Assembly (NCBI GenBank): GCA_963733295.1
Contig: CAVTCS010000003.1
Span: 1,056,001-1,120,000, forward strand
Source of the DNA: Vulcanimicrobiota bacterium
GTDB lineage: Bacteria; Vulcanimicrobiota; Vulcanimicrobiia; Vulcanimicrobiales; Vulcanimicrobiaceae
Direction: 5' to 3'
Length of the DNA stretch: 64,000 nucleotides
Positions 36,983 to 45,989 of this stretch are shown here, one piece after another; within the stretch, counting starts at the first letter, position 1; each line of letters opens with the position of its first letter. Both the position numbers and the translations under genes were made by a program. The notes under the pieces were generated by a model. That model saw nothing but the letters and a program-made list of their open reading frames with translations, had not been told where the DNA came from and did no database searches.

Positions 36983-38320
36983 TTGTTAGAGGGTCTGAGC
37001 GAGCGCCTCGGCGCAATTTTCAAACGGCTGGGCGGCCGGGGACGTCTGAGCGAAGCCGACGTTAACGAAGTGGCGCGCGAAGTTCGCATTGCGCTGCTCG
37101 AAGCCGACGTCAACCTCTCCGTCGCCAAAGACTTCGTCGCGAAGGTGAAGGAGAAGGCGGTCGGTGCCGACGTGCTGGCGTCGCTCACGCCCGCGCAATC
37201 GGTCATCAGAATCGTGCACGACGAGCTGGTCGCGCTGATGGGTGGCGCTCAAGCCCGGCTGCAATTCTCCGATGCTCCGCCGAGCGTCATCCTGCTCGTC
37301 GGATTGCAAGGCTCCGGGAAAACGACCCACGCCGGCAAGCTCGCGCAGCGGCTGAAGGAGCAAGGCCGGCGCTCGCTGCTCGTGGCGGCCGACGTGTACC
37401 GTCCCGCGGCCATCGATCAGTTGCAGACGCTGGGCAAGCAGCTCGATCTGCCGGTGTATGCCGCGAGCGGAGAGGATCCGGTCGCGATCGCGCAGCGCGG
37501 CGTGGCCGAAGCAAAGCGGCTCGGCATTTCTACCGTCATCATCGATACCGCTGGACGCTTGCAAATCGATGAACCGCTGATGCTCGAACTCGAGCGGATC
37601 GTCGCCGCGACGCATCCCAAAGAGATCCTGTTCGTGGCCGATGCCTTGACCGGGCAAGAAGCGACCAAGGTCGCCAAGAGTTTTCACGATCGTCTCGGGA
37701 TCACCGGCGTCATCCTCACCAAGATGGACGGCGACGCACGCGGCGGTGCCGCCCTCTCGATCTTCGCGGTAACCGGCGCCCCGATCAAATTCGTCGGCGT
37801 CGGTGAGAAGCTCTCCGCGCTCGAGCCGTTCTATCCGGACCGTCTTGCCTCGCGCATCCTCGGCATGGGCGACGTGATGACGCTGATCGAGCGGACGCAA
37901 AGCGTGTACACCGCCGAACAAGCGAAGACGCTCGAACAGAAGCTGCGCAAGAACGAATTTACGCTCGACGATTTCCTCGAGCAGTTGCGTCAGGTGCGTA
38001 AAATGGGCTCGATGAGCGACATCGTCAAGATGATTCCCGGCATGTCAAAGGCTTTGCCGAAGGACGTGGAAATCGACGAGCGAGATATGTCGCGCGTCGA
38101 GGCGATCATCTGCTCGATGACGCAACACGAGCGGCGCCGGCCGGACGTGCTGAACGCGTCGCGCCGTCGCCGGATCGCGCAGGGCAGCGGAACGCAAGTT
38201 GCCGACGTGAACCGCCTGGTCAAACAGTTTGACGCTTCCCGCCAGATGATGAAGCAACTCGGCGGTGGGAAGCGCATGCCCGGGCTGCCCTGGCAGCGCG
38301 GGGCCTCTAGCCAACGCTAA
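36983..38320 (+). CDS. ffh: signal recognition particle protein
   Basis: GLQGSGKTT, DTAGR, TKMDGDARGG, M domain. Confidence 0.97.
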   Translation: MLEGLSERLGAIFKRLGGRGRLSEADVNEVAREVRIALLEADVNLSVAKDFVAKVKEKAVGADVLASLTPAQSVIRIVHDELVALMGGAQARLQFSDAPPSVILLVGLQGSGKTTHAGKLAQRLKEQGRRSLLVAADVYRPAAIDQLQTLGKQLDLPVYAASGEDPVAIAQRGVAEAKRLGISTVIIDTAGRLQIDEPLMLELERIVAATHPKEILFVADALTGQEATKVAKSFHDRLGITGVILTKMDGDARGGAALSIFAVTGAPIKFVGVGEKLSALEPFYPDRLASRILGMGDVMTLIERTQSVYTAEQAKTLEQKLRKNEFTLDDFLEQLRQVRKMGSMSDIVKMIPGMSKALPKDVEIDERDMSRVEAIICSMTQHERRRPDVLNASRRRRIAQGSGTQVADVNRLVKQFDASRQMMKQLGGGKRMPGLPWQRGASSQR

Positions 38321-38338
38321 GAAAAGACGACATACAAC

Positions 38339-38632
38339 ATGGTCAAGATCCGGTTGCGCCGAATGGGCGCAAAGAAACAACCGACGTACCGATTCGTTAT
38401 CACCGATGCGCGCGCTCCGCGCGACGGACGCTTTATCGAGATCGTCGGGCACTATAACCCACGGACCGAACCGAAAACGATCGTAATCGACGAGAGCAAA
38501 ATCAAAGAGTGGCTCGCTAAGGGTGCCCAGCCGTCCGACCCGGTGCGCCGCTTGCTCGCGGAGAAGGGGCTCGTCGAACGGGGACCCATCCCTACCAGCA
38601 AACGCGCGCCAAAATCCAAGAAGGACGCGTAG
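38339..38632 (+). CDS. rpsP: 30S ribosomal protein S16
   Basis: [15 protein letters not shown]...RDGR.IE..G.YNP. Confidence 0.97.
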   Translation: MVKIRLRRMGAKKQPTYRFVITDARAPRDGRFIEIVGHYNPRTEPKTIVIDESKIKEWLAKGAQPSDPVRRLLAEKGLVERGPIPTSKRAPKSKKDA

Positions 38633-38635
38633 TTC

Positions 38636-39184
38636 ATGAGCGCGTTCGATGACGAATTCGGTCTCTTCGGTGACGAGGCCGACGAGGAAGAGCGCAAGTC
38701 GACGTTAGGTGCGCGCACTATCGCGTCGCCCGACGTGACGAACGATGAAATCGAGCCGGAAGACGAGCCGGTCCGCCGGCGCGGGCGACGCGCCCCGGGC
38801 GAGAAGTACGAGGGCGGAGCGCCGCGCTTCTACCGGCGCGCCGACGCGCCGCAACGGCCGCCGATTCCTGACGAGATCGCTCATCCACGCGCGATCGAGC
38901 TCCTGACGTTTTTGGCAAAGCGGCTCGTCGCGAATCCCGACGCAGTCGCCGTCGAACTGCATCCGGATTCGCGTGGGGCGGTCCTCGAGCTCGAAGTCGA
39001 TCCGGAAGATCTGGGGAAGGTCATCGGCCGTGGCGGACGCGTCGCGCAAGCGCTGCGCACGCTCGTCCGGGCGGGTGCCGAGGGTCGCGTAACGGTCGAC
39101 ATCGTCGACGTGGACGACGAAGAGATTCCCGAGGACGAAGCGGAATCCGGCGAAGCGCCGAACGAGGCTCCAGGGGACGTTTAA
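38636..39184 (+). CDS. khpA: KH-domain RNA-binding protein with long acidic extensions
   Basis: LV..PD.V.V, D.EDLGKVIGRGGR.A.ALRTL; downstream of rpsP. Confidence 0.88.
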   Translation: MSAFDDEFGLFGDEADEEERKSTLGARTIASPDVTNDEIEPEDEPVRRRGRRAPGEKYEGGAPRFYRRADAPQRPPIPDEIAHPRAIELLTFLAKRLVANPDAVAVELHPDSRGAVLELEVDPEDLGKVIGRGGRVAQALRTLVRAGAEGRVTVDIVDVDDEEIPEDEAESGEAPNEAPGDV

Positions 39185-39203
39185 CCGCATCGCGATCGCG
39201 CTC

Positions 39204-39626
39204 GTGCTCGTAGCGGTCGCGGATTTGATATCGAAACGGTCGATCGTAACTTCGCTGCTGCCGGGTGAGAGACGCGTCGTCGTACCGGGAGCCTTCGCAC
39301 TGGTATACGTTCAGAACGTACACGGCGCGATGGGCCTCTTCGGAAAGCGCGCGGGGCTGCTCGTCGTCTTGGCGTTGCTCGTGCTCGCCATCCTGACGTG
39401 GCTTCTTCGCGACGGTCTGCGCCGCTCGCCCTTGGTGCAGATCGGGTTTGGGATGGTCGCAGGCGGCGCGTTCGGCAACATCGCGGATCGGCTCGTGCAC
39501 GGTTACGTCGTCGACTTTCTGGCGTTCTGGAGTTTCTACGTGTTCAACGTCGCCGACGCGTGCATCACGCTGGGGATCGGGTTGATCCTCCTGGCCGCGT
39601 TCGAAAAGCGGAGCGTCTCGGCGTGA
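39204..39626 (+). CDS. lspA: lipoprotein signal peptidase (start may lie slightly upstream)
   Basis: D..SK, N.HGA.G, GGA.GN..DR, VVDF, FNVAD. Confidence 0.92.
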   Translation: MLVAVADLISKRSIVTSLLPGERRVVVPGAFALVYVQNVHGAMGLFGKRAGLLVVLALLVLAILTWLLRDGLRRSPLVQIGFGMVAGGAFGNIADRLVHGYVVDFLAFWSFYVFNVADACITLGIGLILLAAFEKRSVSA

Positions 39627-40120
39627 CGCGACTGGCGGTCGGCAAGCTCGTCGGCGTCTTCGGCATAAAAGGCGAACTGAAGTGCGTGCCCAGCTCGCTC
39701 GGCGAAGACATGATCGTTGCGGGCCGCGATTTCGCCAGCAGCGCGGAGGGAGAGAGTGAGCGACTGCGCTGCACGAGTGCGCGAAAACACCGCGAGCGGC
39801 TCGTCGTCGCGTTCGAGGGAATCTCGACGGTCGAACGAGCTCGCGCGCTCGTCGGCTGCGAACTTTTCAGCGAGCCCGATGAAATCAAACTTGACCCGGA
39901 CGAATATTTCGACCGCGATCTGGTCGGACTCCGCTTGCTCGATGAGTCCGGCCGCGAACTCGGCAAAGTCACCGGTGTCGAACACCTGCCGGCTCAGGAT
40001 TGTTTGGTGATCGGTCCCAGCGGCGCGCTCGTGCCACTCGTCCGAGCGTTTGCACCGGAGGTCGATCTTGCAGCGGGAACGATCGTTATGTCGCTGCCCG
40101 AAGGTCTGCTGGAACCGTAA
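39623..40120 (+). CDS. rimM: 16S rRNA processing protein
   Basis: VGK....GIKGELK, DEYF..DLVGL, PRC barrel. Confidence 0.92.
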   Translation: MTRLAVGKLVGVFGIKGELKCVPSSLGEDMIVAGRDFASSAEGESERLRCTSARKHRERLVVAFEGISTVERARALVGCELFSEPDEIKLDPDEYFDRDLVGLRLLDESGRELGKVTGVEHLPAQDCLVIGPSGALVPLVRAFAPEVDLAAGTIVMSLPEGLLEP

Positions 40121-41216
40121 GTCGCGCGGTTGAGTGCGTGCGCCGCGCCAAGGCGGCCGCAGCAGCATCGGCGGCGCGATCGAGCGCCGAATTTACGCCG
40201 CCCTTCCCGCTGACGGTGGCTTCGCCGTTCTCGTGGAGAATGGGATTTCCGGCGCAGTCGTACCCGACGACGTCGAGTTGCACGGTATCGGCAGCGCCCG
40301 AACTATTGCGTTCGATCGAAAGTGTCCCGGCGTAAAGTACGCTCACGCCGCGGTCGCGAGCGCAGAGCTGAGCGGCGTTGTCGGCTGGATTTGCAGCGAT
40401 CGAAGCGCTCGAGACCATGGCATTGACGCCGCGGTGTTTGAGCGAGGAGACGAGTGCGTCGGCGACGCGCGCTTCGTCGCTTTGTTGGCCACCGGTCACG
40501 GCGAGGACCATGGCGCCGCCATGCAACGCCGCGGCGACGCGTGCTGGAGAGGGCGCGGCGCTCGCCGCGGCGGTGGCGACAGGCGCAGGGGAGGGAGAGG
40601 GCCTGCTCGCAGCGACCGATGCGGCACTCCCTGACGGCGCCGGACTTGGCTCGGGCGTCTTCTTCGTGTGATGGAAAACCGAGGTGATGTTTGCCAGCGT
40701 GCCTTCGTGCGGACGCTCGCTGGCGCGCGGCTCGGGAGTACTCGGGGGCGGCGTTTCATCGAGCTCGGCGAGCCCGCGCCCCGCGTGCCGCAAAATGGCT
40801 TCGCGCAGCAGGTCCGCTTGGCCGCCGGCTTCGGCGTACGTCCGTACGACGACGGTCGTGCTGAACACGATCGTTCCGCTGTAGGTGCTGACGACCTGAG
40901 CGAGCATCGAAACGTCGTCACCGAGCGGCGTCAGATAGCCGGTCACGTAGTAGTCGGCATGCTCGTTGAGCGCGGCGGTGAGGAAGTCGGCGCGCGTGGT
41001 CCCGGGCGTCGGCGGCTTGACCGTTATTCCACCCGCCTGGGCCATGCGATTCGAAAACAGGATAGCGATGTTCGAGCCGGCGTCGGGATTCGTGCCGGCG
41101 GTGGTCGTCAGCGGGTAGATTACGACGACCGGCACGGGGCGCGGATTGATGGCGCCGGCGAGCGGAATCGCCGCGATTAGGAGACCGAGCGCGATGAGCC
41201 AGGAGCGGAGTATCAA
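40086..41216 (-). CDS. secreted protein with two alpha/beta (TolB-N/CsgG-like) domains and a Pro/Ala linker
   Basis: Signal peptide; 'A....ADY.VTG.L' pattern; coupled to the yihY stop. Confidence 0.55.
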   Translation of the reverse strand: MILRSWLIALGLLIAAIPLAGAINPRPVPVVVIYPLTTTAGTNPDAGSNIAILFSNRMAQAGGITVKPPTPGTTRADFLTAALNEHADYYVTGYLTPLGDDVSMLAQVVSTYSGTIVFSTTVVVRTYAEAGGQADLLREAILRHAGRGLAELDETPPPSTPEPRASERPHEGTLANITSVFHHTKKTPEPSPAPSGSAASVAASRPSPSPAPVATAAASAAPSPARVAAALHGGAMVLAVTGGQQSDEARVADALVSSLKHRGVNAMVSSASIAANPADNAAQLCARDRGVSVLYAGTLSIERNSSGAADTVQLDVVGYDCAGNPILHENGEATVSGKGGVNSALDRAADAAAAALARRTHSTARLTVPADLRAAT

Positions 41217-42058
41217 GCCGTGCGCCGTTCCAGCGCGGCGTCGCGCGCACGCTCGGGGTTCGTACCGAGTTCGAGCCATTGCGCGCTAACCTGAGCGCCG
41301 AAGAGAAAAATCGTTCCCATATAGTAAAACCAAATCAAGAGCAGAGCGAGTGCTGCGAGCGTACCGTAGACCTTCGAATAGTCGACGTGCGTCGAGTAGA
41401 TGGCGAATGCGATCTGCGCCGCCTCCCAAAGAAGCGTGGTGACGAGCGCCCCCGGAACGCCAAACCAAATTCCGACTCGGCGATTTGGGAGATAGTTATA
41501 GATGAGCCACGTGACGACGAAGACGAGAACGATGGAGACCCCGTAGCCGGCAAGTTGCGTTCCGAGCGCCGAGGTCGGAAAACCACCGTACTCCACGACG
41601 AACGATATCACGAGCGGTATCGCCGTGGCGACGACGAGGAGCGCGGCGAGTATCGGCAACGTGACGATCGCTACCACGATGTCCTTTACGAGCGGGCGGC
41701 CTTGCGGTACGCCGAGGGAGCGATCCAGCGCGTATGCGAGCGTCTGAAAGAGATTCTTGCCCGACCAGATCAGCGCCACGACGGCCAGCAGCCCCGAGAG
41801 GCTCCGATTGGCAACGATATGTTGCAGGTTCGACAGCACGACGCCGCGCACGCCCGGCGCGACGTCTTTGAGCAACGCGACCGCGTGCTGCGGGCCGATG
41901 GTGTCGCCGTACACGAAGCCGAGGACCGCGAATGCGAGCATGAGGAGCGGAAAGACGGCGAAGACCGCGTTGAAGGCGATCGCCTGCGCCAGCATCGCGC
42001 AACCGTCCTGTGAGAAGCGGAGTCCGGCGGCCCGGAACACCTCGATAAGTCGTCGCAT
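41213..42058 (-). CDS. YihY/BrkB family membrane protein
   Basis: A.AIAF...FA.FP, Y..LPN, YG.L....LL.W.Y. Confidence 0.92.
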   Translation of the reverse strand: MRRLIEVFRAAGLRFSQDGCAMLAQAIAFNAVFAVFPLLMLAFAVLGFVYGDTIGPQHAVALLKDVAPGVRGVVLSNLQHIVANRSLSGLLAVVALIWSGKNLFQTLAYALDRSLGVPQGRPLVKDIVVAIVTLPILAALLVVATAIPLVISFVVEYGGFPTSALGTQLAGYGVSIVLVFVVTWLIYNYLPNRRVGIWFGVPGALVTTLLWEAAQIAFAIYSTHVDYSKVYGTLAALALLLIWFYYMGTIFLFGAQVSAQWLELGTNPERARDAALERRTA

Positions 42059-42073
42059 TAATCCATACTGCTC

Positions 42074-42592
42074 ATGATCTCAGCGCTCGTCGTCACCGTC
42101 TTGATCGACGGCTCCCTGGTCGCAACTTCGATGCCGGCGACGCTCGCCGCCGGTACGATTGCCGCTCCCGTCGACCCGTTTCTCCGCCTGATCGCGCGCC
42201 GGATCACGGTCGACACCGAGCACGGTCGTATAACGTTCGAAAGGGACGGCCGGTGCCTCACCGTCGCCCTCGGCTCGCGAGCGGCCCAGGCCGGCCGGTC
42301 GAGCCGGGCGCTTCCCATCGCTCCCTACGTGCGCGACGGCCGCGTCATAATCCCGCTCGCGGCCACCGCGCGCGCGCTTGGAGCCGCGGTGAGCTATGAC
42401 GCGCAAAACCGGCGGGTGGAGATCCAACTGCCTGCTCCACCGCCTCTCGCGAGCGCGTCGCCCGACCGCAGTTGGACTCCGCCTCCCCCGACACCCGTGA
42501 ATCCGACGCCACGTCCGGTCCCTTCGGCTGCACTTTCGAGCGGCGTACCGCGCCCGCGGCGAACGCCGATCTTACTCCGCTCGAACGACTGA
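42074..42592 (+). CDS. copper amine oxidase N-terminal-like domain protein
   Basis: APY..DGR..IPL...A.ALGA.V.YD motif. Confidence 0.75.
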   Translation: MISALVVTVLIDGSLVATSMPATLAAGTIAAPVDPFLRLIARRITVDTEHGRITFERDGRCLTVALGSRAAQAGRSSRALPIAPYVRDGRVIIPLAATARALGAAVSYDAQNRRVEIQLPAPPPLASASPDRSWTPPPPTPVNPTPRPVPSAALSSGVPRPRRTPILLRSND

Positions 42593-42913
42593 ATCGATCC
42601 AGCGGAAATAGGCGCTACTGCCGGCAACGATCGGCAGCGCGATGATTTCCGGCGTCTCGTACGGGTGCATGGCCGCGATGCGCTGCTCGAGCCGGCTATA
42701 TGCGGAGGCCGTCGTCTTTAGGACGCAGGCCCACTCGTCGGCCGTTTCGAGCGCACCCTTCCAATGATACTGGCTTCGGAACGGGCCTTCGATTCGCGCG
42801 CAAGCGGCGAGCCCGCTCGCGAGCGCGTCGTTTGCAATGCGCTCGGCGTCCTCGCGCCGTTCGAGGGTCGTCGTTACTTGAAGATAGTCCGTGGGTTTTT
42901 CGGAAACTGACAT
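42572..42913 (-). CDS. cutA: divalent cation tolerance protein
   Basis: LAAC, S.Y.W.G, KT, HPYETPEI. Confidence 0.93.
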   Translation of the reverse strand: MSVSEKPTDYLQVTTTLERREDAERIANDALASGLAACARIEGPFRSQYHWKGALETADEWACVLKTTASAYSRLEQRIAAMHPYETPEIIALPIVAGSSAYFRWIDSVVRAE

Positions 42914-42925
42914 AGACGCGGGCGA

Positions 42926-44956
42926 TTACTTTTCGGGGGTCGGCGTCGGTTTATGCGGCTGCGGCGGATGCTGCGGCTGCGGTGCGGGCGGACGCGTATG
43001 CGGCGCCATGGGCACGGCGGTGTGCGGAACGTACGCGGGCGGTGCAGGGCGTGGTACGGACGCCGGCGGCGCAGTACGCGGAACGTATGCCGGTGCAGCC
43101 GTGTGCGGAACGTACGCCGGCGGCGCAGTGCGCGGAACGTAAGCCGGTGCAGCCGTGTGCGGAGCGTACGCCGGTGGAGCGGTGCGCGGAACGATCGCCG
43201 GGGCGGCGGTGTGCGGGACGTAGACCGGGGGCGCCGTGCGGCTTTGGCCTCCGGGCGCAATTGGGTGGCTGGGTGTGGCGAAGCGGTTCCACGGACTCGC
43301 GGGCTGAGGCGGCGCGCTGGGATGCAACGTCTGCGGTCGCGGCGCGACCGTGGGCGCTGCCGGACGCGGCAGACCGCTGGGCGGGGTGGGGCGCACGACG
43401 GTGCCGGGCTCGACGGGTCGCGGCGTGACGACGCCGGGCTCGATGGGTCGCGGCGCGTTCCCTGGCCGGGCCGCCGGAGGGGGCGTCACTGCACCCGGGA
43501 TGACGGTATGCGGATACACTTTTTGCGTCACCGTCGTCACCTGCCGTCGCTCTTGCGTGAAGGTCTGCACCGGGGGCGGTGTCGCGGTGAATCCGTGAAA
43601 GAGCGTCGGATTCGGTGGACGCGCGACGGCGGCTGCCGGTACGGGGCGCGTCGTATAGCGGAGATTCTGCGTCGTCGGTACGATCGGAACCGTCGAGGTG
43701 ATGAGATGCGCGCTATGAATCTGCGCCGGTGCGACCCGAATCGGATGGGTGAAGACGCCCTGATTGAAGTGCTGCGTCGACACAGCAGTGACGCCGCCAG
43801 TGATCTTCGCGTTACGATAAACGTTCGTGATATTCGTGACGTTCGTGACGTTGGTGACGTTCGTAATGTTCGTCACGTTGGTGTTGTTGTATCCGCTGCC
43901 CCACCAGGGATGGTAGGGTTCGTTCGGTGCGAGCGGGACCCAACCGATGTTTCCGAATCCGGAGCCTACGCTGACCGCGCCGAAGCCGATGAAAACCACG
44001 AGTGCGGGTTGCCAGACCGGAGGCGAGGTCGCGGGCGGACCGGGATACCAGCACCAACCTGTTCCGGCAACGTAAAACCAGCGCCCGTAATGGTACGGAG
44101 CCCAGCCCCAGGATTCGGAACTGACCCACGTCCAGCCGTAGTAGGGCTGCCAGACCCAGCTCCCGGCACTATACGGCGCCCAGCCTGCCGGCTCGTTCGG
44201 CGTCCAAACTTGGCCGTATTGCGGGTAGTCGATCCAGCGTCCGGACGAATAGAGGTCGTAGCTTCCGACGATCTGACCGGCGTAGTTCTGCGTGAACGCC
44301 CGAACGATCATCGCGTCACGCTGCGCGTTCCAGGCATCGAAGGAGTCGGGCGGAAGAGGCTCGCCGCTCGAAATTTGCGGATTCGAAGCGGGACCTGAGG
44401 CGTAGAGCGCCGTGCCGGGCGAAACGGTTTGAGTTCCCCCGGGCAAGAGAATCTGCGCTTGCCCAGCGCGAACCGTGACTTGCGTCGTACCGTCGCTCGT
44501 AACCGCAACGACGTAGCGGCCGTCAGCGCCGGAGCGGATGCCGATTGAGGGCGTGTCGATCTCGGGATTCGCGTCGGTTTGTCTCAGGACGCTAAGGTCG
44601 ACCGTCCCTTGGGCGAGTTGCACGACGTGATCGGTTGCGTCGAGGTTCACGAAGCGAATCTGCGTGTCGGGACCGACGCGCAGCAGGTCTGCGTAGTCGA
44701 GTTGGATTTCAGCGCGCGAGCTCGGGTCGGTCGATAGGTAGTCGCCGGGCATGAGGGGCGCGTTGATCGCGGCGGCGACGCTCTCGTTCGAGTCGGCGCG
44801 CTGGATAACGACGCCGTAGCCGTCCAGAACGCTGATCCGCGCAACGCCAGGGTTCTGCTCGTCGGCACGGGCAGGTCCGATGCCGGCTGCGCCGGCGAGA
44901 AGCGCCGTCAGCACGAACGTCGCTACGACACGACGCAAGACGTTCGGATCCACCAT
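42926..44956 (-). CDS. secreted FecR-like + DUF6600 protein with Pro-rich repetitive tail
   Basis: Signal peptide; N.PL..GD.L.T...RAEI FecR pattern; GWAPY..G.W.W...YGWTW...WGWAPYHYGRW. Confidence 0.85.
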   Translation of the reverse strand: MVDPNVLRRVVATFVLTALLAGAAGIGPARADEQNPGVARISVLDGYGVVIQRADSNESVAAAINAPLMPGDYLSTDPSSRAEIQLDYADLLRVGPDTQIRFVNLDATDHVVQLAQGTVDLSVLRQTDANPEIDTPSIGIRSGADGRYVVAVTSDGTTQVTVRAGQAQILLPGGTQTVSPGTALYASGPASNPQISSGEPLPPDSFDAWNAQRDAMIVRAFTQNYAGQIVGSYDLYSSGRWIDYPQYGQVWTPNEPAGWAPYSAGSWVWQPYYGWTWVSSESWGWAPYHYGRWFYVAGTGWCWYPGPPATSPPVWQPALVVFIGFGAVSVGSGFGNIGWVPLAPNEPYHPWWGSGYNNTNVTNITNVTNVTNVTNITNVYRNAKITGGVTAVSTQHFNQGVFTHPIRVAPAQIHSAHLITSTVPIVPTTQNLRYTTRPVPAAAVARPPNPTLFHGFTATPPPVQTFTQERRQVTTVTQKVYPHTVIPGAVTPPPAARPGNAPRPIEPGVVTPRPVEPGTVVRPTPPSGLPRPAAPTVAPRPQTLHPSAPPQPASPWNRFATPSHPIAPGGQSRTAPPVYVPHTAAPAIVPRTAPPAYAPHTAAPAYVPRTAPPAYVPHTAAPAYVPRTAPPASVPRPAPPAYVPHTAVPMAPHTRPPAPQPQHPPQPHKPTPTPEK
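43022..43237 (-). repeat. 27-bp coding repeat x8 with 54-bp higher-order period
   Basis: Alternating TAPPAYVPH / TAAPAYVPR units. Confidence 0.85.
43821..43890 (-). repeat. 9-bp coding repeat (N-V/I-T)n
   Basis: NTNVTNITNVTNVTNVTNITNV. Confidence 0.85.
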
Positions 44957-45118
44957 CGCTATGCTCCCAAAAAAATGAATGACGCTTACCTAACGAGGTA
45001 AATGGTCTATCGGTCGTGAGAAAGCGGTGAGGAACGGGAATCGCCGCCTGAATCGGTCTTTGGGGTCAGGCCGGCTTCGCCTTTGCGTCCGGGGCAGGTG
45101 TGTCGGGTGCGATTCGAG

Positions 45119-45988
45119 CTAGGAGCACTTCCCGACGTAGCCGCACTCCTGGAGGCACTGGATGCAGCCGCCCTGCGAGATCAAGTTGCCACCGCACTTG
45201 GGACACATGCCGACTCCCGCCAACATCGCCTTGCGAACGTTCGGCGTCGGAAGCGTCGTCAGGGATGAGAGCGATTGCAGCACTTGGCCGCCGTTGGCGT
45301 TTCCGCCACCGTTGCCCATCCCGGGGATACCCGCGATGAGGTCGATGGACTTTTCGTTGGCGTGATCTTCGGCTTCGTCTTCGGCCGACAGCGGAAACTG
45401 CGGCTCCGCGACGCTCACGAAGTGCGCTTCACCTCTGGGATTGACGTCGGCGAGCGGAAGGGCGAGGGCCAGCGCCTTCGCTAGACCTTGCGAAATGCCG
45501 TCGGCGCAAGACAAGGTGGTGGGGCCGCTCGCGTCGCGCATTTTGGGGTTGGGGCAGCGCATGCCCTCGAACTTCTCGATGAACTTCTGCGGATCGGCGC
45601 CGTAGCGCAGCCCGACCGACATCGCAACGCCGAGTGCCTCGAGGTACGACTGCTGACACGAGCCGCTCTTGCCAAGTTTGAAGAAGACCTCGAACGGCCG
45701 CCCCTGCTCGTCCTCATTCAGCGTGATGTAGAGCGGCCCGCACCCGACGTTGGTGTTGACGGTTCGGCCGCGCATGACCGGGGGACGCTGCCGGTATTCG
45801 GCGCCGCGCGTCGAGACCGGAACGTGTTCGCTCGCCGTCGCGCGCACGTCTTCGAGACGCCTGATGAGTTTGCTGACCGTTTGCGCGCAGGCTTGGTTTT
45901 GCGAACGCAGTTCCCGATTCTCGCCTTGCAGAAGTTCGACTCTCGCGATCAGCTCGGCGATGGTTTGTTTGACCTTGACTTCGTCCAT
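45119..45988 (-). CDS. NrdJb-like TSCPD-domain subunit of a split class II RNR
   Basis: GCG.LYIT.N.D..G.PFEVF...GKSG.C, LSCADGI, C-terminal CPKCG....GGC..C..CGY..CS. Confidence 0.88.
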   Translation of the reverse strand: MDEVKVKQTIAELIARVELLQGENRELRSQNQACAQTVSKLIRRLEDVRATASEHVPVSTRGAEYRQRPPVMRGRTVNTNVGCGPLYITLNEDEQGRPFEVFFKLGKSGSCQQSYLEALGVAMSVGLRYGADPQKFIEKFEGMRCPNPKMRDASGPTTLSCADGISQGLAKALALALPLADVNPRGEAHFVSVAEPQFPLSAEDEAEDHANEKSIDLIAGIPGMGNGGGNANGGQVLQSLSSLTTLPTPNVRKAMLAGVGMCPKCGGNLISQGGCIQCLQECGYVGKCS

Positions 45989-45989
45989 G

